From Callorhinchus milii (Eukaryota): DNA of 64,000 nucleotides. Below the pieces are notes generated by a model. The model made no database searches, had not been told where the DNA came from, and saw only the letters and a program-made list of their open reading frames with translations. The stretch spans positions 94,676,001 to 94,740,000 of the forward strand of contig NW_024704742.1 of the NCBI RefSeq assembly GCF_018977255.1, given 5' to 3'. Position numbers and translations under genes: made by a program. Of the stretch, positions 38,424 to 51,838 are shown in pieces (position 1 is the stretch's first letter; each line of letters starts with the position of its first letter).

Positions 38424-38746
38424 AATAATAATAATAATAATAATCCTTGCATTTGATATAGCGCTTTTCACGTCGGAAGGACGTCCCAAAGCACTTCACA
38501 GAACACACTGTAAAGTGAATTGACTGTATATTTGTGGGCGAACGCGGCAGCCAATTGCGCACAGCAATGTCCCACAAACAGTCGTAGATTGAAAATGACC
38601 AATTTAATTATTGTTTTTTGGAGGGATTATTATTAGGCTCTGTGTGGAGTAAGGAAACTTGCCCAAGGTTTCGCCCTCTGCCTGGAATTGAACTCAGGTC
38701 TCTCACTTGCAAAGCGAGTGCTCTAACCACTGAGCTACAGGACTCC
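38424..38746 (-). mobile_element. Full-length young tRNA-derived SINE, near-identical to 28861-29189
   Basis: Reverse complement matches the 28861 copy with only a handful of differences. Confidence 0.92.
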
Positions 38747-40079
38747 TAAGCTTTGCCTAACATCTGTTCACCGGTACAAAATGGAAGTCATCTCTACTGA
38801 TTAAATCAAAGCTTCCACTCTGTACAAGAAATGTAAGAACAATTTTAAACATCAAATATCTGAACTGAATTATTTAAATATTTTCAATAATAACAATACT
38901 CACTTGGTATGTTGGATCTCAGCATATCGTTTAAGAACTTAAATCCATTCTGGGGTAATCTGGATTAGAAAAATCCAAACAGTGTCATGTGACATAGTGT
39001 ACATAGTGTAGAAATAATCTCTGATCAATTGTTTGCCCACAAAATACAAATTACAGTATATTCTGGTAAGTGTTTTAAGATGTCCTCCCAATGTACAAGG
39101 TGCATCAAATGTAAGGATTTTTTTTGTGGCAAAGGAATGAGGGAAACAGAACATCTGTGGACACAGAATACTCAGAACTTCATGATGCAAAAAATGTCTC
39201 TCAGAAAAGCTTTGTGACATTAATGTGCATATAGGTGGTATTTATAGGGAGTGTCAGTGGGCAGTGGTGAGGGTACAGCTTTTAAAGTATGAATGGATAT
39301 TTTCAACCAATTATGCTTAGTATTTTGGTCCAAAGTCACAATAATAAGTTTAGTGAAAGAAATATTCCACTCACTTGCAATGGTTGTGTACCTTCTGTTT
39401 TGTTTTTCCGTTAGATGTTTACTAACAAGTTTCTATAAATGGAATCTTGTTGTTGTTGTTGTTTTGGTCCCTACTCCATTCGCATTGTTGCAAATGTTTA
39501 ATGTTCATTTATTAGCCAGTGTCAAACAAGAAACAATTTCAACAATTTTGGCAAGTCTCATTGTTATTTATTAAAACGTCAAGTATTTAAAGGCATTATT
39601 GACTCAGCATTTTTATCTAAATTTCACCTAGATTTCATTAAGGCAGAGTAAAGTATGAAACAACAAAAACCTATTGACATCAAATTTCTGAGCTGTATTA
39701 ATTCTCATGGTCTTTGCCTTAAGACCATTGCGTAGAATTTATACATTATTGGAAAATTCTTGAATTTATTGTTAATTTGGAAGCTATGCTCCTCAGTTCT
39801 TAAAGAAAGCTTGCATTTATATAGCACCCTTCAGGCGGGATAATGTCTTGTTTGCACTTGTGATTGCTTGTGAGATGAATGATCAGTTAATCTGGGGTTG
39901 TTGGTCGTACTTTAAAAATAAATGGTGCACATCAGGAGTGAGATCACGGAAATAATGCACTTCTGAACACAAAATATTATTTTTCTAATTGCTGCAGTTA
40001 GTGGTGTTGGCTAGAAAAACTGCGGCCTTTCAGCGGATCTTAGAAGAGATTGAGGAAGTAATATTGAGCAATATTTTGA

Positions 40080-40360
40080 GAAATTTCAGGACAGGAAGAA
40101 AGAATTCAGATTCAAGGAAGACAGGGCACAGGTTCAAGGTCACAAAGGGGAATTTTAGGACAGTCACCAGTATTTCTTTACACAGAGCACAATAACAGCT
40201 CGAGGGAGTTAGCAACAAGCGTGAGAGAGGCCAGGTTGCAGAATTCGTACAAAACAAATGACTTGATACAGTGATGGCAAGATGATAATCTTGGTATTTT
40301 GGGAAGGCTAAGATCAAATGGGCCTAAGGGCCTTCTCTGTCCAGACTTCTGGTGATTTAC
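40080..40360 (+). mobile_element. Old CR1-like LINE 3' fragment
   Basis: TGHRFKV..G.FRT....FFTQR-like coding remnant and AAATGGGCCTAAGGGCCTTCT tail; related pieces at ~42510-42727 (+), 30980-31140 (-), 32540-32700 (-), 59580-59850 (-). Confidence 0.65.
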
Positions 40361-43300
40361 TAGCGCTATGTAAATGCTCTTGTGAGAACTAGTTGTACAA
40401 TTAGCTAGTTATACTATATTCACTTGATTTTGAGTTTGGATTTCATTGCCACTGAGCAGAAACAGCCAAGTCAATTCAAGCAAGTCCCATTAAATTGTTT
40501 ATTGACATGAAGATACTATTCTGACTTAGAATGATTGAATGCTGGGTGTGATATTGTTTTGGGAAAAATGGGTGGGTGGGTGGGAGGTAGCTGATGATAG
40601 TGATCGAAGTTTCCTGCTGTTAAGAGAGTTCCACGAGTCCCTGGACAGGTTGAAATTGGATCACAGAAATGTGTGACAGATGGAGTGCTATGCCAGTCTG
40701 AAAGATTGAAGAATTTACTCTGCAATGTTTGACCCTTTGTAAAAAAATTAAGATTTGATTCCCACTCTGCATGCACAACAGCTGTAAAACTATCTGTAGC
40801 ATAACCTGATTCTTGATATGAACAAATCTTTAAAAAAATAGTTAATGCTCAATGCCAATTTCTAAAAAAAATTAAACTTATGTTCTCTCAGATGAGCAGC
40901 TAACATACCTGCTGTTAAAAACCCAAATCTAGGGTCTTGTAAGCAATATTTGTTTTCTCCCCTCTGAATGATTTCTGAATAAAATCTTAGAAAACAGAAA
41001 TAGAAAACAGATATTCTGTGAAGAATTCAGTTTTTGGGAATAAATGTGAATTAAAATTCCATTGAAAATCAGAAGAGCGTAACGGGTACATCTGTTGTAA
41101 ATGCTGTACATAGATTTCCCCCGTGTGCAATAAGACAAATACTTAAATTCCATAGTCCGAGCTGAAAGAGTTCTTGGTGACTTCTCTGAAATGCAATAAG
41201 CAGTGAAGTGACCCGAAGAGCGCAAATTTAATTTCATTATATAGCACCAAGCACTGCTGTAAGAGGGCCCAGCTCCATAGGGAAATACTGTCCCCAGACC
41301 TAATGGTCTTTAATTGTTGCTTCGCTCTGCCATAGATACCACTTGAAATGCCTCGTGACATCATTCCACCTTAAGAATGTATGCAATTAGATCTCTGAGC
41401 CCGTACTTACTTACAAGTTTTAACTGGCTCGATAATTTACCTACTGTTCGAGAAACTTTCCTTTTTGCTGAAATTATAGTGGATAACCAGCCATGGTATA
41501 ATGCCAATTATAATTGTGTCCAATGAACACATTTGCAGATTTACAAAGACTGTGTCCTATAACCCACTAAATTAGCTTTTTTGCTCCTCTTAGGTTCCGC
41601 GTTTCATATGAGACGTTTATAATAATTAACCCTTTAATTGATCTAGCAACTTTCATGTCAGGTGGCAGTCTCAAAGCACTTGGCAGGATTTGCTGTAACA
41701 TGTAGTGACTCTGTATTTTATAAGTGTAACATTAAAGAATTGAGTTTGATTGTCTTTACCGTAATGTTCTGGAAGGTCATTTCCTTTTTCAGCATGGTTA
41801 GAAGTTGAAGGTCGGATAGATTGATTTGGACTGAAATGTGTCTCGTAAATTGTATGAGGTTAGCTCTTTATTGCACTATTTTTATATCCTATCTACCTTG
41901 GTGTGTTTTGCATTGAGGAAGATGAGCAGTGTGCAGTGTCTTGGTTTGTCTTCTATTTGTGCATTGCTGGTGCTGACAAACTACACAAAATTCACATAAT
42001 TATTATCTACAAATGCCTTATTCGTAACCCAGGAAGAAAACCTTTCTCACCATGTCCGGAATGTTTTTGAGCAAATTGAACTTCCAGGGCATAAGAATTT
42101 GCCAGCAATCATTTTATTTTCCCTGTTTTTGTGTTTTTTTTTCTTTCCTTGTGCCATTTAGCATTCCCTGGTTTTGGAGCAGCGGTGGATAAGTGACCTG
42201 CACCATCTCAGTGTAAATGCCAATCCTGATCTGTGCCAGCAAGTCAGAGAGAGTAGCCGGGGTGACTCGGGTTATTTTCTGCCCTCCCCCTTGCATCCAT
42301 GGCTCAGTTTGTTTCAAGTCTTTTTTTTGACATTGGCAAGTTTTTTTTAATGTACCACAGAATATTAATATAAATATAGTATGTAGTTTTGATGTAAAGT
42401 GGTTCAATAGATTCTATCAAAGAATATAAGATTAAAGCTAATAACTAGTGATGGGCTGAATGGCTGTCTGTGCTGTAAACTTTATATGATGCTTTATCCG
42501 GTGCAATTATTTGAGAGGAGCAAATACCAGGAAATATTTCATTACCCAGAGGGTAATTAAGGACTAGAACAGGTCACCGGGAAGATAATTTAGGTCCAGA
42601 TGCTGAACTCGCTTAAGAAACTGCTTGATGCTGTGAATGGGAGGACAGCAGGGTGGATATTCTGGGAGGATGAGATCAAATAGGCCAAATTGTCTTATTC
42701 ATCTGAACCTCTCTTGTGGTCTTGTGATTAAAGGTGTGTGTTCTTGTGCTGGTCTGTCTCTGTGATTTGCAAGGCTAATGATTATGTAAATTTTGGATTA
42801 GTCATCGGTTACACAGCAGTAAAACTTTTAAATACTGTCTTCTAGGAAGAAGAAAAACTGCATTAAAGGGCATTATTTTTCAGTTTTGTTGCTTTACTGA
42901 AAGGTTAGCCAGCTACATTCGATTGGTCTATTTGAAGCACATTTGTGGAAAAAAAAACGAGCATTGAAGCAGTATATCCAAAAATCTTTGATTTTTTAAT
43001 TGATCACTAGAGACCAAAAGTACCCCGAAAACATGGTTTGCACATTTTCAAATTGTTGTCTCAGTACTGCTGTCATCGAAGAGCAAATATTAAGTCAGTG
43101 CGCAAAACTGAGCAAACTAATGAATGGGGAGGGATTGCGGACAGTACTGGAAGCTGTTTGTGGTTGAACGACTCACACCTCCTCAGTTTCATCTTGAACT
43201 TCTTTGATGCTTTTTTTATCCATCTTAGGCCTCCGTTCGATAGGACTGAAACTCGACTCCCACTTTACACATGCACACCAGTCAGACTTGCACCTGTGCC

Positions 43301-44556
43301 CGGGTTAGTAAAAGGTCAAAGTTCAGAATGTCAGAATAGCCAACGATTACATTTGTAGTCCACGGAGCTGACCTGAAATCCTCCTTTTACTCATTTTGAG
43401 CAGTTTCAGCAGATCTGTAGAGAGCTGTGTCTCAGGGCTCTGGCTTTCTCTTGCTAGGCCAGCGTTCTGGGACTTTTGCAAATAAAAAAAACTGTACTCT
43501 CGTATTTCAGGGCTTGAAATCCAACAAATTAATGGGAATCTGTTTTTATTTGATTACGGTGAAAAACTGAGAAGTTGTAGACCTTAATGGGGGACCCACA
43601 CTGGATTTTGAACTACTGTACTTACCTAATGAAATATTGAGAAGCACTTAGCGCTGCCAAACAAAATCTTTAGCTGCCCTCCAGGGAAAGTAGGGGTCGG
43701 ATGGTTGCTTGTTTTTCTTTGCCTTTGTCCCAACGAGCGTTCGGTGACTTGACGGGAGTCTTGTTTTTCAAACCTCTACACTTGCATTAATGGCAGCTAA
43801 TCGCTTTACCTTGAAGAAGTGTTTTAGCACATTACTGGAGGAAACAATTAGAGTGTCTGCAAGTTATAACATGCTCCTGAATTACCTGGTGCCTTGGAGA
43901 TGCATGAGAAGAAAATTGAGTTTGGTCGGTTCAAGTGTGTGGAAGCTTCAGTTCAAAGCTGCAGCAGACTTTGCTACGAATATTCCTTGAAATCTCTGGC
44001 TAAATGGTATTGAGAGATTTCTACTTGTGATAGAGCATTACCCGGTTTAACAATAGGTCATTGAGTAAATCGTGTGTAATTTAAACATAATTAAATTTAA
44101 AACCAGCAAACGTAACAACCTGAATGGAATAATGAGGATGTCCATCTTGGCCCTACATTTTTCGAATAAAATTAATCTCTAAACATTTTCTAACTGCTGT
44201 TTTTTATAAAAAAGAACGATTTTTGTGGTGTAATAGAAGATAAAGGATATTTAGATATTCAGGTGCATTCTGAACGCTTAACACTTAGAATACTGTCTGG
44301 TTTGGAGAAACTCAACGGCAATAACATGCATTCATATAGCACCCTTCAGGCCAGGTAGCGTTTCGGAGTACTTAACAGTGACTCCTGTTTCTTTTCAGGT
44401 TGTACGGTACTACAGAGTTGATTTATTTTACTGTAATATTCCTGTAATAACAAATTAAATTAAAACCCCAATCTTAAATGCTTTACCTAACCTTGCCTTG
44501 TCAAACCTTTATTCTTTCTACTCTCTTTTTCCTAACCCTTTCTCTGCCCTATTTTG

Positions 44557-44977
44557 AATAATAATAATAAAAATCCTTGCATTTGATATAACGGCTTATC
44601 ACGGTGTTGAGACGTCTCAAAGCATCTCACAGGATAAACCGTAAAGTGGATTGTATCCACATTGGACTATATCCACAGTTGCGCACAGTAATGTCCCACA
44701 AAGAACCATGGAGTGAGTGACCAATTTTATTTGGGGGCCAGGACATTTGGGAAAAGCTCCCTTCTCTTTTTGAATAGTGCCATGGGATCTTTAACATCCA
44801 CCTGAACAGACAGATGGGACCTTGGTTTAACGTCTCTTCCGAAGGATGGCATCTCTGACAATGCATCCCTAGCACTGCATTGGAGTGTCAGCTTAGACTG
44901 TGATTCCAAGTCCCAACTTGAACCCACAACCTTCTGACTCAGTCGAGAGTCCTACCAACTGAGTCAGACTGACCCAC
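44557..44977 (-). mobile_element. DeuSINE-like element (tRNA head + Deu core + L2-type tail)
   Basis: Minus strand reads CTCAGTTGGTAG...GGTTCAAG, then GACGTTAAACCAAGGTCCC..CTGTTCAGGTGGATGTTAAAGATCCCATGGCACTATT, resembling the Deu core of SacSINE1/AmnSINE1/SINE3 as recalled. Confidence 0.8.
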
Positions 44978-45454
44978 TGAAACTTTTTTTTTCTCTTCTA
45001 CCTACCATAAACCTTTTTTTTTAAAAAAAAGCTTTTATTGCGGTTTTAAACCTTTCTTTTTCCCCCAACGGACCTCCTCTTCCACCTGAGGGTGGCAGCA
45101 ACACTTTTTCCTCAAAAGTTTTTCATTCACTTTACTTCAGCTTGGGAGACTGCCTCAAATTGGGATGACATATTTCCTCCTTTAACAAAGGGATTTCCAC
45201 GAGAAGAAAATACACGTTAGATGTAGCAGATCTGTCACACTTTTAGCTTAATGCAGATGCAATAACTATGAAACACAATTTAAATCTTTGTTGCATTAGC
45301 TTCTCACTACTTCTTTAGAGGTACAATCTTAAGGATCATCCACCTCATTCACATCAGTCAGAGTTGCCCCACTTAGTCACTATAGATTACAATGGGTGTT
45401 CCAGACATAGTTTCCTGCCACTCAACTGCAGATTGTTTCTGGATTTACAAAGAA

Positions 45455-45875
45455 TGTACAGCATGCAAACAGGACTCAGCCCAAACAATCCATGTTTATA
45501 CTCCACGTGAGTCTCCACCCATTCCTTTACTCCTTCCCATACTCTTTTATTCCCCTCTCTCTTATGTGAAGGGCTAACTTCCTCTTGGACGCATCTACAC
45601 TATCTGATTCAACCACCACTTCAGTCCCACAATCTCACTACCTTATGCATACCCTCGTTCTAAATTCTCTTTTAGATCCCCTAGACTCCCCAACCAGTGG
45701 AAACAGCTTGTTTATGTTAACCTTATCAAACCCTTTTATAATTTTGAACACTTCTATTAGGTCCCCTCTTAAACATCTCTGGAGAGAAAAAGGCCCAATC
45801 TATCCATTCTATCCTGATAGCAGTAACGTACCAGCCTTGGTATCATCCTCATCAAGTTGCCATCCTTGCTTTAAA
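45455..45875 (-). mobile_element. Degenerate CR1-like fragment
   Basis: GCATCTACACTATCTGATTCAACCAC and CCCTTTTATAATTTTGAACACTTCTATTAGGTCCCCTCT (RGDLIEVFKIIKG on minus strand). Confidence 0.7.
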
Positions 45876-47090
45876 GCATGGTGATGTATTTCTCTGTGTG
45901 TCAAACACCCGGCTGACAAAAAAAATGGATATGGACATGCACACCAATTTTTCAGGGATGTGATTTAATCATGCCATTCGGCTGACAGTTATAAACTGCT
46001 CGAGTTTTGCTGTCATGGTTTATGACATCATTTGAACTCTTTGTTGCATTTACTAATGAATATTTGATTTGATGGAATAATTGTCTCTGCAAAATATTAT
46101 TTGTAGGTTCAGTCATGTACTTCGTCATGTTGCATTCAAATATTTTATTTAAATAATGGTTGAATCTGAAATTTATGCCTTATTTAGTGGACGTACACAC
46201 TTTATAGTATTTGGAGAAAAATTGGTGGATTGAATTATGTATTAGCCATACCATTTCCCGATGCACTTGACGATTCATCCTATTGCGTGTTGTGTTTTCT
46301 CTGGAGAGCAACCGGGGGATTGTATTCCAGCTCCAGCAGAGATCTGCTCTGACAAAGCCTCAGATTTCAGCTTTAAAAAAAACACAATGAAGGTCACTAA
46401 AGTCTTTCCATTTTGGATCATTGTAAAATGCACCGTTTTCTGCAGGGCAACCCCTCTCCTGATCAATTTGGGGTATTATATTATCAGAACCATTGGTTTC
46501 AATTTTCTATTGATCAGTATCCCTCAGTATTACAAAGGGGTCTTTTACTGATATAAAAACAATATCGCCAGTATGGACTAGGTTGCTTGTTTCAGTGTAT
46601 TCTTGTAAAAGCCAAGTTATTGTTGCTGCTACTTTGTACTTTAGGATCTAAAGTGCAAATTAGAATTAGACTTTAAAACATCTGCTATTATACAAAGAAT
46701 CCATAGGAAATAAGGCTCGTGTGCAATGATTGTGTTTAACAATGTGCAAAGCCTGGCTGGATTCAGATCATTCCTATATTGCGGACAAGTGTATGGGAGT
46801 TTAAAGGTACAGCATACCAGCATTGTGCTGTAGTATTACATTTTACTAACTGCAGCACATGCACTCGAGTTCTTTAATCTGTGTTTGTGGTTGGCCAAGC
46901 AGTCTTAGGTCATCAATTTAGTGGAGCCTTACATTGTGTGTTAAAAGCATCTTTAAAAATATTTTCATTTCTGTACCATAAGATAAATTAATTCCTGCAG
47001 TTGTTTGGTTTTTAAAGGTTGCAGGATTTCCACTGAAATCTTACGGAACTGTTGGTTTTCAACGTTGTGTGTGTTTTTCTGTGTCCACAG

Positions 47091-47286
47091 TCCCACCACC
47101 CAGGTCCTTGAAGATGATGAACCACGCTGCCTTGAGGAGATCGATTACAGTGCTGAGAGCAGCGATGAGCAGGACATCGACCTAAATGAAACCACAGGAG
47201 ACTTTGACGCGCAATACTTTGACCCAAGCGCACAGGAGGAGCAGCTCTCTGACTCTGAAGTCCCTAAGAGAGACATCTTTCTTTAA
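47091..47286 (+). CDS. AGTPBP1: AGTPBP1 terminal coding exon with stop codon (acidic tail)
   Basis: ccacag| after a 19.66 kb intron; (S)[67 protein letters not shown]; this tail is typical of CCP1. Confidence 0.95.
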
Positions 47287-48150
47287 GTTTTAAGTCGCCA
47301 AAGAGACTGAAGAAACAAGTGATTAATTCCTACAGCCAATAGAGGAAACCAAATTAGGATTCACATATTCTGCTCTGAGCAAGAACTAGCTCACTCAGGC
47401 TTATTGGCTAAATTGATAAGAAATATGGTTGGTAACTTCGGAAAAAAAATGGATTGGGATTTATTTAATGTTGACTTTAAGTGCATTCGTACTAGACAGA
47501 CACACTGCTGTTTTTGTTTCCCTGGAAGCAACTGCATGGCTAAAGATTGTTTCCCTGGTTTTGTATGTGATTTTATTTTTCTTCTTCCTGTGCTCCCCTT
47601 CCTTACCCTCATTCCCCCCTCTCCCACTGCCCACCGGACTATGTTCGCCTGCCATACACGCAAGATGATTTGAAAGTATGTCCAGTGGTATTTTGAGTGC
47701 TCTTAATATATTGTGGAAAAATCTTGGTATTACTTTGTACAACAGTCAGCTGTTGAGACTTCAAATGATGTATGTATTTATTTCTCTACTTTTTTTTAAG
47801 ATGTGTCAGATATGATTCCAGGTTTGCTTGACAGGAAATTATAGACTGCTTGAACTACTACATTCAAATATTGAGAATAGTAATTGTGACTTATTGAATT
47901 GATCTCTTCCAAACTGTGTCCATCCTCCTGCTGGAAGTCTACAAGTATGAAAGTTAGCACCTTGCTGTGGATTCTACAAGAGACGAAAGTTAGCTTTTAT
48001 TCACTGTATTTAAAAAGTCAACATTACCATACTGCGTTGACGTTTGGCCTCTTATATGTACAGTGAACTGTTGTTGGCTTCTGATCAATGGTGAAATTAT
48101 GTGATTTTGATTTTCAGACTATGAATTAAAAGATTTGTATCGTGAAGATT
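47287..48150 (+). other. Probable AGTPBP1 3' UTR
   Basis: Follows the stop codon, has no recognisable transposon, and ends near an ATTAAA hexamer; 3' end is an estimate. Confidence 0.55.
48125..48130 (+). promoter_or_regulatory. Candidate polyadenylation signal ATTAAA
   Basis: Variant hexamer about 840 nt after the stop, with upstream TGTA motifs and a T/G-rich tract downstream. Confidence 0.5.
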
Positions 48151-48859
48151 GTCCGTTGCATTTCTACCTCATTTGGAATGCTCCATGTATTTGCGAGTAT
48201 TGCCAAGTGATGCTCATTTACATTGTTATGGGGGAAGGGGAAAGAAGACAAGGGGCATAACAGATCAGCATGTATTTTAGTTTTTTTTACTTGTTTGCAC
48301 AGGCAGGTATGTTGGAGGAATATTACTTCTGAAGCTATTTCCCTTCTCCCATAAATACACGTGGGACTGACAAGACAGTCATTACATTATCATTCCTAAA
48401 GTACACGGCCTTGTGTGCAATTAGCCTCTTTACAATTAGTCTTCTCTTTATCTCTGGTTTTGTGTGCTGCACAAAGACAATACTGCCATCATAAAAAGGC
48501 TTAACCACCCAAGTTACATCAGGTTATTTATTGGGTAATGAAGCAGTAACACGTCTAGAGTCAGCGCATGGTAGGTGGGATCTACTGCTCCAGCCGTGAA
48601 TCTTAGCTCATGTCAACAGTCCCTTGTTGTTATTCCAGCGCTGGTTACATAAGTCACAGTGATACAGCACAGAAATGGGACATTTGGCTCAACCAGTCTG
48701 CGTCAGACATGAGCCCCCACTTCCCTATTCTCCGCTCTTCCTCTCTTCCCTTCTCCCTCATGTATGCATTTAAGCTTTCTCTTAAATATAAAGATGCTAC
48801 TCATCCAAATTGTTTTCCCTTCTTAGTAATATTGACTGTGCTTGGTACTCCCCTGCCCC

Positions 48860-49240
48860 ACAATGCAATAGAAATTGACATTTATACACTACCTGTCACG
48901 TCAAGACATCTCAAAGCACTGGGGGGACGGCCAAAACATAGTCAAAGAGGAAGGTTTTGAGACAAACCTTGAAGGAGGGCAAGGGAAGGGACTCTGGGAT
49001 GGAGTTCTGGAGAGTTGGGGGAGATCCGCTGAAAGCCAGACTACCGAGGGTGGGGTGGGTGGGGCAGGGGGGTTATGAAGCAGGCTGGACGCAGGAAGCA
49101 GCCTGGTGGATGAGGTTTGAAGAGGTCACAGAACTAGGGTGAGGCAAGACCACAGGGATTTAAAGGTTAGGAAGAAGATCTCAAACTCGATCCCCTGGGG
49201 AGCCAGTGGACCCGGGCTAGGATGACGATGATAGGCATGC
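48860..49240 (-). mobile_element. Degenerate L2 3' fragment
   Basis: GGTTTTGAGACAAACCTTGAAGGAGG..GGATGGAGTTCTGGAG matches other minus-strand L2 copies. Confidence 0.7.
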
Positions 49241-50623
49241 AGAGCTTGTGTATGCTTTGTCTGCGGCCATTCGTAATGTACAAGGTGTTGTCCGGTTACT
49301 GTATTTGAGTGCAGAGACCATTACTCTCCCGCCTAATCCTATCCTCATTCAATGCCCAAACATGCTCACTTTCCAGCTGGAGCCACTGTACAGTGATCAG
49401 GAGAAACCTGTCTGTTTTTACCCTTTCCCAGCCCACAGATGGTGAGGTCAATCGTATCGCTACCCCATTTGAGGTCAGCTAACCTAGCACAGACTGGAAT
49501 TTGAATGTGGGATCTTCTAATTGTGTCTGACGCAGGGTCATGCTAAGAATTTTTGCTTTTAAAAAGTATTCCAAGAATATGTACAAAGTTAAGATTGATT
49601 TAGGTGAAACCTGTATTACATAGGGGTGTCGCAGTAAGACCTACAATAAAACCCCATGGTTAAAACAATACTTAGAAAGAAATCTCCCAGTGGTTTCCAG
49701 ACAATACTTATGTTGGAATCAGGAAATACTCCTGGTAAAGTTAAATGTTGCATTGCTTTACGAGGTTTATAAAAATTCATTTTGCTTTACACTATGTAGT
49801 AGAAAAGTGTTCTGTTTGATATGAAGACAGTCCTTAAGATGACTGGTCCAGTTTTGATCCCTGGTGTTTGCCTGTTCTCAGTAGCACTGGCCCGAGGAGG
49901 GAACAAAATCAATGAGGTATCTTGTTCTTAATTTCTATTATTGACCCCAGCTAGAAAATCTGCAGGTGGCTCTCATCGGCTTACAGGTCAGGTCAGCTGT
50001 GACTCGCAGCTTTCCACCAGTTCTCTCTAGTTTTCCCTACAAAATACACAGTCACTACTGTACTATAAATCCTTTGAAGCACTTTGCATGTACTCCTTAC
50101 ATGAAAAGGGCTTTATCAAATGCAAGGATTATTATTTAGGATCCTGCAGGAAGAACACCTCTTTGTTGACCAAAAGATTGACAGCTGCAACCTGTTTTTA
50201 CTATCGCCACCCTCAGACAAGGATTCATAAGGGCCAACAAGTACAGGGAGGAAGTGCTGCAACACTCACACCTTCATACAAATTGTGATCTAGTAGATTT
50301 ATGGCATTTGGATAAAAACTGGTCAGACAGTGTGACAAACACTGAGTTTCGTGCTGTTTTTGGGGTGCAAAATGGATACCAAACTGCAGAAGAAAAACAA
50401 AATGATCAGAAACCTTTATGAGCCTTTTAATAAAAACATTTGCCTGTTTTATAAATGTGATTTTGCAAAAGCCCTTGAAAGTAATTTTGTTCATTTTAGA
50501 GTAACTGTAGCATGTACATACTGCAGAGATGGTCAACAAGAGCACCCAATGACAAGCATTAATTTGATTCCCAGATGAAGGTATTTGCGAAGAATAATTC
50601 AGGATTAGCTGTGTGGAATTAAA

Positions 50624-50990
50624 CAATAATAATTATTGCATTTAATATAGAACCTTTTCAAGTCATTGGGAGGGCTCAAAGAGCTTCACACCATATACTG
50701 CAAAGTGTAGTGACTGTGTGTTTTGTAGGTGAAGATGGCAATCAATTTGTGCCCCAAAAATTTCCCCAAAACAGCCATTGAAGTGAATGATCAGTTTTAT
50801 CTGTGAGAAACTCCCTTCTCTTTTAGGGTAATGCCACAAGACCATTAATGCATCCGCCTGAACAAGTGGATGGAAACTTAATACCTCCTCCAAACAACAG
50901 TACCTCAGACAATGCAGCGCTCCCCCAGCGATGCATTGGAGCATCGGACAAGGCTATGGGCTCAATGTCCCACAGTGGGGTTAAGTCCTG
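50624..50990 (-). mobile_element. DeuSINE-like element, diverged
   Basis: Tail at 50625-50700 and core similarity to the 44557 copy. Confidence 0.65.
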
Positions 50991-51454
50991 ATATGGGATA
51001 AAGAAGGAAAAGTAGGACCAGATCAAGAGGTGCAGGATGAAGTTAAAGTATGAAACCGAAAACTACACGCAAATGACTTGTAACATATTGTAAGATAATG
51101 GACAGGGTTATTCATGATACAAACATAAGACGTCTAGAAGACGTGAAAAGCGCTATACCAAATGCAAGGATTATTATAATCTATGTTCCTAGGTAATCTC
51201 AGATGGGAGTAAGATATGTTTTATGTATTGAAGACATAAGGCACTATATCAAATGCAAGAATTATATATGCACAATATTTTAAAGGCAAAAACAACTGAC
51301 TCTGCAGTAATATGGTTTTAATTGGGCTTTAAAGTTGGATTCATGATTTGGGGTTTTCCTTGAGGGTCATTTCCTGAACTGTTGTGGATTAGAAGCACTC
51401 AGAGGTATTGGGTATTCCCCAGCTCCTACCCGTGATGCAGAAGGTCCTGTGCAT

Positions 51455-51838
51455 GTGTGTCAGCCGGGCTCAGTTGGTAGCACACTACCCTCTGAATGAG
51501 TAGGTTCAAACCCCACGTCGGGACTTGGAACACATATAATCTAAGCCGACACTCCAATGCATTCAAATGACATGTTAAACCGAGGACCCACTTGCCTGTT
51601 CCGGTGAACGTTAAACAACCCGTCTCTCTATTCGAAATGCGTTTCTCCCTTTCTCCTGGACAACAATCCCCCAAAATAAAATTGTTCATTCACTTCATAG
51701 CTCTTTGTGGAACATTGATGTGGGGCTGCCACATTTGGCTCACAAAACACACAGTCACTACACTTTACTGTATATTTTGTGAAGAATTTGAGATGTCTTC
51801 TTGATGTGAAAGGTGCTATACCAAACGTTTGCTTATTA
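51455..51838 (+). mobile_element. DeuSINE-like element, diverged
   Basis: GGCTCAGTTGGTAGCAC head, GTTAAACCGAGGACCC core, same tail. Confidence 0.75.

Noticed and set aside
47391..47742. Cluster of overlapping short ORFs after the stop codon
   Set aside because: Within the probable 3' UTR; no recognisable protein similarity or splice context.
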